Assembly (NCBI GenBank): GCA_029556545.1
Contig: JAKQEQ010000153.1
Span: 43,348 to 107,347 of the forward strand
DNA: 64,000 nucleotides
Reading direction: 5' to 3'
Origin: Candidatus Hydrogenedentota bacterium
GTDB taxonomy: Bacteria; Hydrogenedentota; Hydrogenedentia; Hydrogenedentales; JAGMZX01
Shown one piece after another: positions 38,801-47,321 of the stretch (its first letter is position 1; each line of letters begins with the position of its first letter). Made by a program: the position numbers and the translations under genes. Under the pieces are notes generated by a model. It made no database searches, was not told the DNA's origin, and saw only the letters and a program-made list of their open reading frames with translations.

Positions 38801-39287
38801 GGAGCGACCACTCTTCGGCGGCGCGCAACACGACGGGGTCGCCCCTCTCCATCAGGTCATCGAGCGCGCCGTTGACCGTCTCCGAGAGGAGCAGCGCCGC
38901 GTCGGCGTCGGCGAGCACGACGAAATCGGGATCGAGCCCGATGTGCAGCGCGTTCTCCCGCAGGAGCGTCGAGCAGAAGGTGTGAATCGTCGAGATGCGC
39001 GCGCCGTCGATGCGCCGCTCCATCTCGCGCCAGCGCGAGAGTTCTTCCGGGTTGTCCCCCGGCGCTTTCTTGCGGAACGCGGCCCGCAGCCGCGCCTTCA
39101 TCTCGGACGCGGCGTTCTCCGTGAACGTGATCGCGACCATCTGATCGATCGACACGTTCCGCTGCTCGATGAGGTGCACGATGCGGTCGACGAGCACGCG
39201 CGTCTTCCCCGAACCCGCGCCCGCGTCCACGCACACGGCACGCGCGCGCGCGCGAATGGCGGCCTCCTGTTCCGGCGTCCAGTTCAT
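35877..39287 (-). CDS. addA: ATP-dependent helicase/nuclease subunit AddA (UvrD-like helicase plus RecB-family nuclease)
   Basis: MNWTPEQEAAI… start, Walker A GAGSGKT, DEFQDT (motif II), a C-terminal PD-(D/E)xK nuclease region (…IDALLSDGTIIDYKTG…); 1136 aa. Confidence 0.9.
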   Translation of the reverse strand: MNWTPEQEAAIRARARAVCVDAGAGSGKTRVLVDRIVHLIEQRNVSIDQMVAITFTENAASEMKARLRAAFRKKAPGDNPEELSRWREMERRIDGARISTIHTFCSTLLRENALHIGLDPDFVVLADADAALLLSETVNGALDDLMERGDPVVLRAAEEWSLQELTALMEDMLHKRSVIERLGSDCALDDPEALRRQWKDALRDERQRRLEALPRMPRVRRFIDQLAGFAGACAAKDDGREQRRLAYLDALSAVLDAPGAAATERALNRIITFDGGRGAKKNWTSEEMYEDLVKAQKDIVDFAKGFLPEEPDEALEEQAAQRTADLCRIFQHVAAAHDDAKAAVNGLDFDDLILKALHMLRDYKPLRKRVAEGIRHLLIDEFQDTDHVQLEIARLLHGEPGGPDLFIVGDAKQSIYLFRGAEVEVFNEQRGVSEKVIQLDRNFRTIPDLLDGVNAFFAASRLLDTTQDYAPMAAERAAWSAPRIEFLLPEPVEEANVEVYRRAEAELIAARIQEMCDGTARLEIERDGARVPADYGDVAVLLRAMSNTFIYEEALRRAGIPYMVMAGAGFYEQQEVLDVLNLLESLIDPWNEPALLAYLRSPIVGLSDESILRLARCGGLGAAFDQGIEPEDLGQTAEWRRARALLDKLRGELARPLLDLLRRVLEETGYEALLLNQFLGLQKASNVRKLVDLADNFTRTRPATPRAFIAYIREVRDQAVREGEAPMQPEGAGAVTIMTVHKAKGLEFPVVFLPDTSSVPRGSNRPAVPLHRELGIAVSVTGDDGERTAPALGEAVRRRQVEEEAAEHARVLYVAMTRARDCLVLSGAPDPRKGSWLELLDAHFGVTGQRDGAVIDARESRAGRPCHAGEGWSVRVRRTVPRKRAKAEKKKRVALPALDEVKRMVAPLTGVVSARHRFSVSGILNAMAGLWSDEAPGHESAGGVATVTPGRLNPLVRGSLVHRMFELWDFAAPPDTTALLREAEVSRRLWPEVAADLRGVAERFQALPLADRLRRDDGLLRETPFSIRLDEVLINGTIDALLSDGTIIDYKTGVVRDAAQARYEWQLLLYAAALRRLRGVTPDRGILCYVDSGHVHEVALGADEVALAERHALEAVDRLRGVAPSLEDVVELPGDA

Positions 39288-42200
39288 AAGCCCGCCGCCT
39301 CCTCGTCCGCACCCGCGGGAGCGCTCGTCTTGCGCTCAATGCGCGCGCGCTCGAAGCGGCAGGCACGCCGCGCGTCGCAATACGCGCAGCCGCCGGAAGC
39401 CGTGGGCGGAAACCGGCCCGCGCGCATCCCCCGCACGGCCGCCGCCACGGCTTCGATCAGCACGCCGCGCCGCGACTCCGCTTCGTCGCCTTTCTTGCCG
39501 GTTCCCAGCGCCTCGACCCGCTTCCCCTTGCCCGGCTGGATAAACCACGCGGCGGCGCAGCAATGACCCTCGATCAACAGGCGCTCGGCGGCAAGCGCAT
39601 AAACGCCCATCTGGATGGAACGACCCGCCTTAATCTCCTTCGGCTCGGGCGGCGCGCCGGTCTTGTAGTCGATGATGCGGAAACTGTCGGCGCCCGTATC
39701 GATCCGGTCGATGCGGCCCGCGAAAAGCACGGGGCCCGCATCCGTCTCGAGCGGGAACGCCGTTTCTGTCCCGATTTCCTCGCTGCCGGCGCGCGGCGCG
39801 CCGCCGAAGGCGACCTCGAAATGGGCGGGCGTCCAATCGGACTCGTCCCGATCCCGCTCGATGGTAAGGTACCGGTCGAGAACCGTTTCCATGCGGCGCT
39901 GCTCCATGGCAACAACACCCGCGGGCGCGGCGGTCTCGCCCGGCGTGAGGGACGCGAACACTTCCGCCACAACGCGGCGCAGGACCTTCCGCGCCTCCTT
40001 CTCGGGGATCGCCGGGATGGCCCGCCCGCGAAAGTGCGCGTGAAACCGCCGCAGCGCCTCGTGGAGCAGCCCGCCGCGCAGCAAGGGATCGAACTCAGCG
40101 GACGGTTCCTCCGCCGGGTCGATCTTCAGGATTACCTCCATGAAGAACCGAAAGGGGCAATCGAGATAGGTTTCGAGTCGCGAAACGCTGAAGCGGTGAT
40201 CCGGGCCATATGCCCTCGCGATGGACGCGATGAGGGCCGGGTCCAGAAGGACGCCATCGTAGGCATCGAATTCCGCTTCGCTCTGGCGGCGTTTCTCGAT
40301 GGCGGCACCGCGCTCTACGGCCTCGAACAAGTTCGAGAAGGCCGCCCGCCATTCCAGCGCGCGAAAAAACGCGCAATTCCCGAGGTCGCGCCGCGACGCC
40401 GCGAATTCCGGCGGGGGGACAAAGGTATCCGAGCGCGGCGCGGGCTCGACAAGGGCCGTCCGGTCCGGGAACAGTTCGAGCAGTTCCACAAGAAACGGGC
40501 TTTCCCCCGCCTCGCGCCCGCCCCGTTCCTGCACGTGCCAACTCAGGGTCAGGCGTTTCCGCGCCGTCTCCAGCACGTGATGGAAGAGCAGCCGCTCGCG
40601 GCGGATATGGACGGCCCGGTCCTCGAGCGGGATGCCCGCTTTCCGCAGGGCCTGCACGTCCGCATCCGAGTACACCGCGTTGACCGGCGCGGGCTGTGGG
40701 ATCAGTCCCTCGTTCAGCCCGCCGAAGAAGACGTAGTCAAAGCGGAGATTGCGCACCGACTGCGTGCCGTACACCGTTACCGCCGCCTGCGGCGCGGGCG
40801 GCGTGTACTCGGTTTCTTGCAGCCCCGCACGCAATTCGTCCACGAAGACAGCGCGCTCGATGACCGCTCCGGGGTACGCCTCGGCAAGCCGCGCGAGAAG
40901 CCGGCGCAGCGCCTCGAGCGCGCGCGCCTCCCGGTCCGCCGTTTCGGCATCGGGCAACCGCGCGAGTGCGCCCTCCAGGTGCAGCGCGTCGAGTATGCCC
41001 TCGAACGCTTCCGCGAAGGCTTCGCGCGTCGTCCGCTCCGGCAGCACGCCGTCGAGTTGATCGAGCCGGCGAACGCAGTCGGCCAGCGCTCCCCCGGCGC
41101 GTTCCCATGCCTCGCGCCCCCCGATGATTCCCGCGTCGCGCGCGAGCTTCGGGAAGACCCCGGTTTGCGACCAAGTGTCGTGGAATAGCGGCGACATGAC
41201 CACTTCGAGCACCGCCTCGCGCGCCCAGTCCTCCCACGCCTCGAAAAGCTGCCGAACGAAGACGCCCACGGCGCTCTCGGCAAGCCGGGGACGTTCCATC
41301 ACCCGCACCGGAACCCCGCATTCCGCAAAGACGGCCCGCACCGTGGCCGCCATGTCGCCGAGCCGCCGATAGACCACCGCCACTTCTTCCGGCGGGATGC
41401 CCTCGATCGCGAGCAGTCGCTTCACGCGTCGCGCGATCATCTCGACTTCCTGCGTCGGATCGGCGCAGGGAACGACCGCCAGGTCGCGGGCGAGCCCCCG
41501 TGTCGCGTCGGCCCGCGGCGGGTCGCGCCAGAATACCTTGTGCGCCGCATAGGCCCGTTGTCCGCACGGCGGCGGCGTCTCGAAATACACCGGCGTTGCC
41601 CCGAATCGATGCGCGAGATCATGAACGGTTGTCGCGCTGAGAGCGTAGAGGTCTTGGCGGTCCGGGTTCGGGTCGAGATTCACGCCAATGACCAGCCGGT
41701 CCACGTGCCGCGCCGCCGTCTCGATCAACCGGAGTTGCGACGGCGTGAAATCATCGAATCCATCCAGCACGAGCACGCCTATGTCTTGCAGGATGTGCGG
41801 ACGGCGCGCCCGACACACCAGTTCCGCCTCCCAGAACACGCCCGGCACGTCATAGAGACCGCCCGATTTCAGCGCCTCCTGATATGCGCCGTAGACCGCC
41901 GCCACGACAGCGTCCATGCCGCCCGTTCGGCCCGCCGCCGCCAGCCGTTGCGTGAAGGCGTCCGGTTCGACCGCGCTCTGCTTCAACTGCGTGATCACAC
42001 GCAGCACGTGCGCCGCAAAGCCCCCGCCCCGGCGCTCGATGAACCCTGGCGTCTCATCGGCCGCGAGACCCTCGATACAGCGCTCGACCAGAAGCCGCCG
42101 TTCGAAATCGTCCAGCAGCCGCGCCGCCTTCGATATTTGAAATTTCAGATTTGAGATTTCAGATCTTAGAAGAACCGGTCCATGGGCGCCCGTTCCTGTC

Positions 42201-42481
42201 GAAGCCTCCGGAGCGCGCGTCCGTGGGCGTCCGTGTCCGTCAGCGTCCGTCTCTGACCCCTTTTCTATAATGGCCCGCGCGAAATCGTTCAGCTCGAGCA
42301 CACACGGCCCCCACGCGCCCGCCAGACGACGCCCCAGGATCAGTTCCTCCGCGCGGCTTGCCGCACAGGCCCGCGTTGGGACGAGCAGCAGCGCGTGTCC
42401 CCAGTGCTCGAGCACTACACGGTCCACCGCCTCGGCTCTCGCCGAAGCGGCGCCGCCGCAATATAGGTCCACCCGCGCCAT
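39284..42481 (-). CDS. addB: Helicase/nuclease subunit AddB (inactive-helicase plus nuclease with C-terminal Fe-S cluster)
   Basis: Degenerate N-terminal P-loop, C-terminal nuclease (…IIDYKTGAPPE…) and a Cys cluster (…GGCAYCDARRACRFE…). ATGA overlap with addA. Start placed at the internal ATG 42481; the ORF extends to 42568. Confidence 0.85.
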   Translation of the reverse strand: MARVDLYCGGAASARAEAVDRVVLEHWGHALLLVPTRACAASRAEELILGRRLAGAWGPCVLELNDFARAIIEKGSETDADGHGRPRTRAPEASTGTGAHGPVLLRSEISNLKFQISKAARLLDDFERRLLVERCIEGLAADETPGFIERRGGGFAAHVLRVITQLKQSAVEPDAFTQRLAAAGRTGGMDAVVAAVYGAYQEALKSGGLYDVPGVFWEAELVCRARRPHILQDIGVLVLDGFDDFTPSQLRLIETAARHVDRLVIGVNLDPNPDRQDLYALSATTVHDLAHRFGATPVYFETPPPCGQRAYAAHKVFWRDPPRADATRGLARDLAVVPCADPTQEVEMIARRVKRLLAIEGIPPEEVAVVYRRLGDMAATVRAVFAECGVPVRVMERPRLAESAVGVFVRQLFEAWEDWAREAVLEVVMSPLFHDTWSQTGVFPKLARDAGIIGGREAWERAGGALADCVRRLDQLDGVLPERTTREAFAEAFEGILDALHLEGALARLPDAETADREARALEALRRLLARLAEAYPGAVIERAVFVDELRAGLQETEYTPPAPQAAVTVYGTQSVRNLRFDYVFFGGLNEGLIPQPAPVNAVYSDADVQALRKAGIPLEDRAVHIRRERLLFHHVLETARKRLTLSWHVQERGGREAGESPFLVELLELFPDRTALVEPAPRSDTFVPPPEFAASRRDLGNCAFFRALEWRAAFSNLFEAVERGAAIEKRRQSEAEFDAYDGVLLDPALIASIARAYGPDHRFSVSRLETYLDCPFRFFMEVILKIDPAEEPSAEFDPLLRGGLLHEALRRFHAHFRGRAIPAIPEKEARKVLRRVVAEVFASLTPGETAAPAGVVAMEQRRMETVLDRYLTIERDRDESDWTPAHFEVAFGGAPRAGSEEIGTETAFPLETDAGPVLFAGRIDRIDTGADSFRIIDYKTGAPPEPKEIKAGRSIQMGVYALAAERLLIEGHCCAAAWFIQPGKGKRVEALGTGKKGDEAESRRGVLIEAVAAAVRGMRAGRFPPTASGGCAYCDARRACRFERARIERKTSAPAGADEEAAGL
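42133..42172. repeat. Low-GC tandem-repeat patch (AAATTTCAGATTTGAGATTTCAGATCTTAG) inside addB
   Basis: A ~40-bp AT-rich segment with a duplicated ATTTCAGAT unit inside a ~70% GC gene. It is in frame and encodes …SEISNLKFQISKA…. It is followed 45 bp later by three to four CGTCCGT direct repeats (42217-42254). Confidence 0.6.
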
Positions 42482-42940
42482 GCCACAAGTCCCCATCGGA
42501 GGTGTTTGACCTCGCCGGCAGTCGGTCCACACGGCCGCATTCTGACCAAGCATGCAGCCCCCAAACAAGTACGCTGATGCGCCGCTGGAAGAACTTCATT
42601 ATCGGTTTGCGGGATTCCGGCGCTGTTCCGTATGAGTCAGGATGATCGAATCGGCAAATCTGATGACACTCGAATGGTAGTACCGTTCTTGAGACGCGCC
42701 GCAATACACATCCAATCGAGAGCGACCCAAGTGCGCAAAATGCCGTTTATCTTCAACATTGACAATAGTTTACGCGGGAGCGGCGGAATTTGCTTGTAAA
42801 ACGGCGACCTTTTTGCTAGACTAGAAGCTGTGTGGTGCCCGAGAATCGCCGCTGGGTGTCCTAGGGAGCATGGCCGAATGGCGCCGCGACGGTTTCAGGG
42901 GAGAGAGATTCCATCGGCAAGCGCATGAAGGGGGCTCGCC

Positions 42941-44233
42941 ATGGCCATCATCGTTCGGAATGATCTGCGACCTGGCATGACCTTGGCCCAGGATGTGGCG
43001 GACCGGCACGGACGGCTGTTGCTCGGCACCGGGACCATCCTCGAAGACAAGCATATTCGCATGCTAAAACTGTGGGGCATCCCGTCCATCAAAGTGATGG
43101 ATGACGCGCCCCCGGACGGGAAAACGCCTACCGCGAAGCCGGATTCCGTTGTCGGCGCGCTTCCCGTCGGGCCCTCGCCGGAGGCCCTCGAGCGGGCACG
43201 GGCCCTGGCCTTCGATCTTTTCCACCACAACCTTATCCAGCGGAAGCACCCGCTCTTCCCCGTGCTCCTCAGCTACTGCGTCCATGAGGCAACCCGGGGC
43301 ACGAAGCCCGATCGCCCGACCGATAACGGCGGCTTGCTTCGCGACAAATCCGCCGGCAAGGGCGGGGGAGTCGGACGACCGCCGAGCATGACCGAACTCG
43401 TATCGAGCGTGCGGGAGGTGGCGTCGCTCCCGGCGGTCTATCATCAGCTCGTGCAGGTCGTGAACGATCCACGCAGTTCGGCGGCGGACGTGGCCAAGGT
43501 GATCAGCGGCGATCCGGGCCTGACGGCGCGGCTACTGCGCCTGGTCAACAGCGCGATGTACGGGTTCCCGGGCCGGATCGAGACGGTGAGCCGGGCGGTG
43601 GCGCTGGTGGGGATGAGCGAATTGTGCGAATTGGCGCTTGCCACCTCGGTGATCGGCACGTTTGGCGGCGCCTTGCAACGCACCATTCACATGGGCATGT
43701 TCTGGCGACACTGCCTGGCGTGCGGCGTCATCGCGCGCGGACTCGCAAAAGCGCTCCGTATGCCGAACGAGGAACGCCTGTTCGTGACGGGGCTCCTGCA
43801 CGACGTGGGCCGGCTGGTCATGTTCGCCAGGATGCCGGACACCATGGCGCGCGCGCTCGAGGAAGCGGACACGGAACGTATTCCCGTCGTCAATGCGGAA
43901 CTCACGGCCTGCGGCTACACCCACATGGGGGTGGGCCGCGCCCTGCTGCTCGAGTGGCAACTGCCCGAGAGCCACGCCGAGCCCGCGGGATGCCACCATA
44001 AGCCCGGCGCCGCCAAGCGCTTCGTCGTCGAGTCGGCGATTATTCACGTGGCCGATGTTTTCGCGCACGCATTGCGCATCGGCGGCAGCGGCGACCGGCG
44101 CGTGCCGCCGTTGGACCCGGCCGCGTGGGACCGGCTCGAGTTATCCCCGGAGGCGGCGCCGCCCCTGCTCGAGGAGGCGCGGATGCAGGTTGCGGAACTG
44201 GCAGCGGTCTTCGATCTGGAGAAGACGCGATGA
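42941..44233 (+). CDS. HDOD-domain signalling protein
   Basis: …VISGDPGLTARLLRLVNSAMYGF… and …GLLHDVGRLV… are HDOD signatures. ATG at 42941 with GAAGGGGG upstream. The stop overlaps the next start (ATGA). Confidence 0.75.
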   Translation: MAIIVRNDLRPGMTLAQDVADRHGRLLLGTGTILEDKHIRMLKLWGIPSIKVMDDAPPDGKTPTAKPDSVVGALPVGPSPEALERARALAFDLFHHNLIQRKHPLFPVLLSYCVHEATRGTKPDRPTDNGGLLRDKSAGKGGGVGRPPSMTELVSSVREVASLPAVYHQLVQVVNDPRSSAADVAKVISGDPGLTARLLRLVNSAMYGFPGRIETVSRAVALVGMSELCELALATSVIGTFGGALQRTIHMGMFWRHCLACGVIARGLAKALRMPNEERLFVTGLLHDVGRLVMFARMPDTMARALEEADTERIPVVNAELTACGYTHMGVGRALLLEWQLPESHAEPAGCHHKPGAAKRFVVESAIIHVADVFAHALRIGGSGDRRVPPLDPAAWDRLELSPEAAPPLLEEARMQVAELAAVFDLEKTR

Positions 44234-47200
44234 ATACGCCCCTTCCGGAGCACACGGGCGGCATCGCCGGGAGTGAGGCCAACATTCAGGAGACGAACCG
44301 CTGGCTCCTCCAATGCATGGACGCCGTCGCGGCCCACGGGGCCGCGGTACAGTCCGAACTGACACGGGGCCGCGAGGAACAGGCGCTGCTCGATCGGACC
44401 TTCGAGGCGCTCATGCAACTAACGTCCTTCGACGCCCTCGGCGTGCTCTGGCTGGACCCGGACGACGCGGATTATCGCCTGGCGCGATGCCTCCCCGCGG
44501 GCGCGCGGGACGAACTCCTCAAGGAAATTGAATACCAGATCGAGAACGACGCCTTCGGCTGGGCGTTGTCGCAGAACCGCGCCGTGGTCGCGCCGTCACG
44601 CGCGGCGGGCAAGCGCACGGTGTTGCGGGCGCTCGCGACGCAGGAACGGGACTTGGGCATGTTCGTGGGCGTCACGGCGCATGCCTGGACGCCCGACGCG
44701 GCGCTGAAGCTCATGTCGATTGTCCTGCTCAATTGCGTGAACACGCTGGAAAATGGGCGGCTCTACGCGGAACTGGACCGCCACAACCGAGAACTTGAGA
44801 AGACCGTCGCGGCGCGCACGGCCGAGTTGGGCACGGCCAACGAACAATTGGGCCGCGCCATCGAGGAGGCCGAGCGCCTTGCGATAGCCGCAACGGCCGC
44901 CGCCGCCGCCAAGGGCCAGTTCCTCGCCAACATGAGCCACGAAATCCGCACGCCCATGAACGGCATTATCGGCATGGCGGACCTCCTCACCCATACGGAA
45001 CTCACGGACCAGCAGCGCCAATACGTCGACGCCGTTGTGCGCTCGGGCGAGGCGTTGGTCCAACTCATTAACGACATCCTCGACTTTTCCCGCATCGAGG
45101 CCAACAAGCTCGAACTTGAAACCATCCCCCTGAATCTCGAACATCTGGTCTCCGACGTGGTCCAATTACTCGCGATCTCCGCCCATAAGAAGGGTCTGGA
45201 CCTGATTACGCGCTACTCCGCGGACACGCCGTGTCATTTCACGGGCGACCCGGGGCGCATCCGCCAGATTCTCGTGAACCTGATCGGCAACGCGATCAAG
45301 TTCACGGAGCGCGGCCACGTTCTGCTCGATGTGCATTGCGAAGCCACAACGGAGGACGAGGCGCTCGTGCGTTTTCGCGTAGCGGACACGGGTGTGGGCA
45401 TTCCTCAGGAGAAGCTGGCGCAGATCTTCGAGATGTTCAGCCAGGCTGACGTATCGACCACGCGGCGCTTCGGCGGCACGGGTCTCGGCCTTTCCATCTC
45501 CCGCCGCCTCGTGAACATGATGGGCGGCGACATTCAGGTCGAGAGCGAGCCCGGCAAGGGCGCCGTCTTCACGTTCACGCTGCGCCTCTTGCACGACAAA
45601 GAACTTGCGGAAGCACTCGCTGTCACCCCGGCATGGCAGGGCTCACGCTGTCTCGTGACCGACACCACCCCGATGACGGCGGACATCATCGCGAATTATG
45701 CCCGCAAATTCGGACTGCGGGAATGCATCGCCGTGACGGAAGATGCGGCCCTCGAGACCCTGCGGGAAGCGCGGCGACAGGAAGACCCCTATTGGTTGGT
45801 CGTAGTTAATGGAAGCGGCGACATGGACGTTGAACGGTTTGGCCGGTCCGTCCACGATGACGCTCTCCTTCGCGATGTAACGCTGGTCCTAGTGTCTTCC
45901 CTCGGCGACGCGTGGGAGCCGCGTCGCTGTCGCGACGCCGGGTACGCGGCGAACCTCCTGCGTCCGTTGACGCCGTCGTCCTTTCACGACGCCCTGCTGC
46001 GGATTTGGCTGGCACGCCACCCCGAGGCGGCCGCTGCGCGGGCAGGCGCGGAAACGGCGACGGAATCGGAGGCCGGCTTTGCCCCTGACGGGGCCGCGAG
46101 GCCGCACGTCCTGCTCGTCGAGGACATCGAGGCCAACCAACTGGTCGCCCTCGGTTTCCTCGAAGAACTGGGGTGCACCGCGGACGTGGCGGTCAATGGC
46201 CGGGAAGCGGTCGAAAAGGTTCGCGAGACCGACTACGCGCTCGTGCTGATGGATTGCCAGATGCCTGTCATGGACGGCTTCGAGGCGACCGCCGCCATTC
46301 GCAAACTCGATGGCAAGAAGCAACTGCCCATCATCGCCATGACCGCCAACGCCATGCAGGGCGACCGCGAGCGCTGCCTCGAGGCCGGCATGGACGACTA
46401 CATCCCGAAGCCCGTCCGCGGGGAAACGCTGCACGCCATGGTCCGCAAGTACGCCGGCGGCGCCGCGAAATGCGCCCCCGCCGGAACGCTGGACCGCGTG
46501 CGCATCCTTCTTGCCGAGTCGGACCCGGTGCTCGGCGAGCAGGCGCTTACCCAGTTGCATGCCCATTTCCCCCGCATGCGGTCACGACTCGCCGCGGAAT
46601 CGATCGAGGCCCTCGTGCTGCTCGGCGGGTTCCTGCCGCATCTTTGCATTCTGGACCCGGCCGCGCCGGGCATGGATGCGGCGCGCGTGCTCGACCTGGT
46701 CCATCGCGATCCCCGTTTTGCGGCCACGCGCCTGCTGCTATGGACGCACGACGACGGCGGCGAAGCGGCGTACGCGCCCTTGCGCGAAAACGGCGCCTTC
46801 ATCGAGACCTCCCGGCCGGATATCAACGCCCTGACCGCGGCGGTAAGCCGGGCCCTCTCCGCCGACCGCACGGCGTGGAGCGGCGCGGCGGCCATCACTA
46901 CGGCAGGCCCGCCCGCCGACGTCGGCGCGACAGAGCCCCACGCGTCGTTGAAGATCATCCCGAGTTTCGACATGACCGTCGCGCTAAGCACCGCCGGCGG
47001 CAATCGGGATCGCCTGCGCAAGTTCATCGAGTTGGTCGAGAAGGACATCCCGTCCCAGATGGAGGGATTGCGGGCCGCGATCGCGGCCAACGACGGCCCG
47101 GTCGCTCGGCGGCACGCCCATAGCATCAAAGGCCAGGCCGCCAGCCTCGGTGCGGAACGGCTGCGCCGCAAGGCCTATGAAGCTGAGACCGCGGCCAAGG

Positions 47201-47301
47201 AGGGGCGGATCGACGCCGTCCGCGAACTCGAGAGCGAATTGGGCGGCCTGTTTGAAGAGATGCAGGTCGCTATTCATCAAAGTGACTTGGAGACGGAATG
47301 A
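44230..47301 (+). CDS. Hybrid sensor histidine kinase with GAF, HisKA, HATPase, receiver and C-terminal Hpt domains (RpfC-like architecture)
   Basis: H-box …FLANMSHEIRTPMNGIIG…; N/G boxes …NLIGNAIKFT…GGTGLGLSI…; receiver …LLVEDIEANQ…LMDCQMPVMDG…KPV…; Hpt …ARRHAHSIKGQAASLGA…. ATG at 44230 inside ORF 44125..47301. Confidence 0.85.
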   Translation: MNTPLPEHTGGIAGSEANIQETNRWLLQCMDAVAAHGAAVQSELTRGREEQALLDRTFEALMQLTSFDALGVLWLDPDDADYRLARCLPAGARDELLKEIEYQIENDAFGWALSQNRAVVAPSRAAGKRTVLRALATQERDLGMFVGVTAHAWTPDAALKLMSIVLLNCVNTLENGRLYAELDRHNRELEKTVAARTAELGTANEQLGRAIEEAERLAIAATAAAAAKGQFLANMSHEIRTPMNGIIGMADLLTHTELTDQQRQYVDAVVRSGEALVQLINDILDFSRIEANKLELETIPLNLEHLVSDVVQLLAISAHKKGLDLITRYSADTPCHFTGDPGRIRQILVNLIGNAIKFTERGHVLLDVHCEATTEDEALVRFRVADTGVGIPQEKLAQIFEMFSQADVSTTRRFGGTGLGLSISRRLVNMMGGDIQVESEPGKGAVFTFTLRLLHDKELAEALAVTPAWQGSRCLVTDTTPMTADIIANYARKFGLRECIAVTEDAALETLREARRQEDPYWLVVVNGSGDMDVERFGRSVHDDALLRDVTLVLVSSLGDAWEPRRCRDAGYAANLLRPLTPSSFHDALLRIWLARHPEAAAARAGAETATESEAGFAPDGAARPHVLLVEDIEANQLVALGFLEELGCTADVAVNGREAVEKVRETDYALVLMDCQMPVMDGFEATAAIRKLDGKKQLPIIAMTANAMQGDRERCLEAGMDDYIPKPVRGETLHAMVRKYAGGAAKCAPAGTLDRVRILLAESDPVLGEQALTQLHAHFPRMRSRLAAESIEALVLLGGFLPHLCILDPAAPGMDAARVLDLVHRDPRFAATRLLLWTHDDGGEAAYAPLRENGAFIETSRPDINALTAAVSRALSADRTAWSGAAAITTAGPPADVGATEPHASLKIIPSFDMTVALSTAGGNRDRLRKFIELVEKDIPSQMEGLRAAIAANDGPVARRHAHSIKGQAASLGAERLRRKAYEAETAAKEGRIDAVRELESELGGLFEEMQVAIHQSDLETE

Positions 47302-47321
47302 CACCCGGAAAGGGGGGGCTT

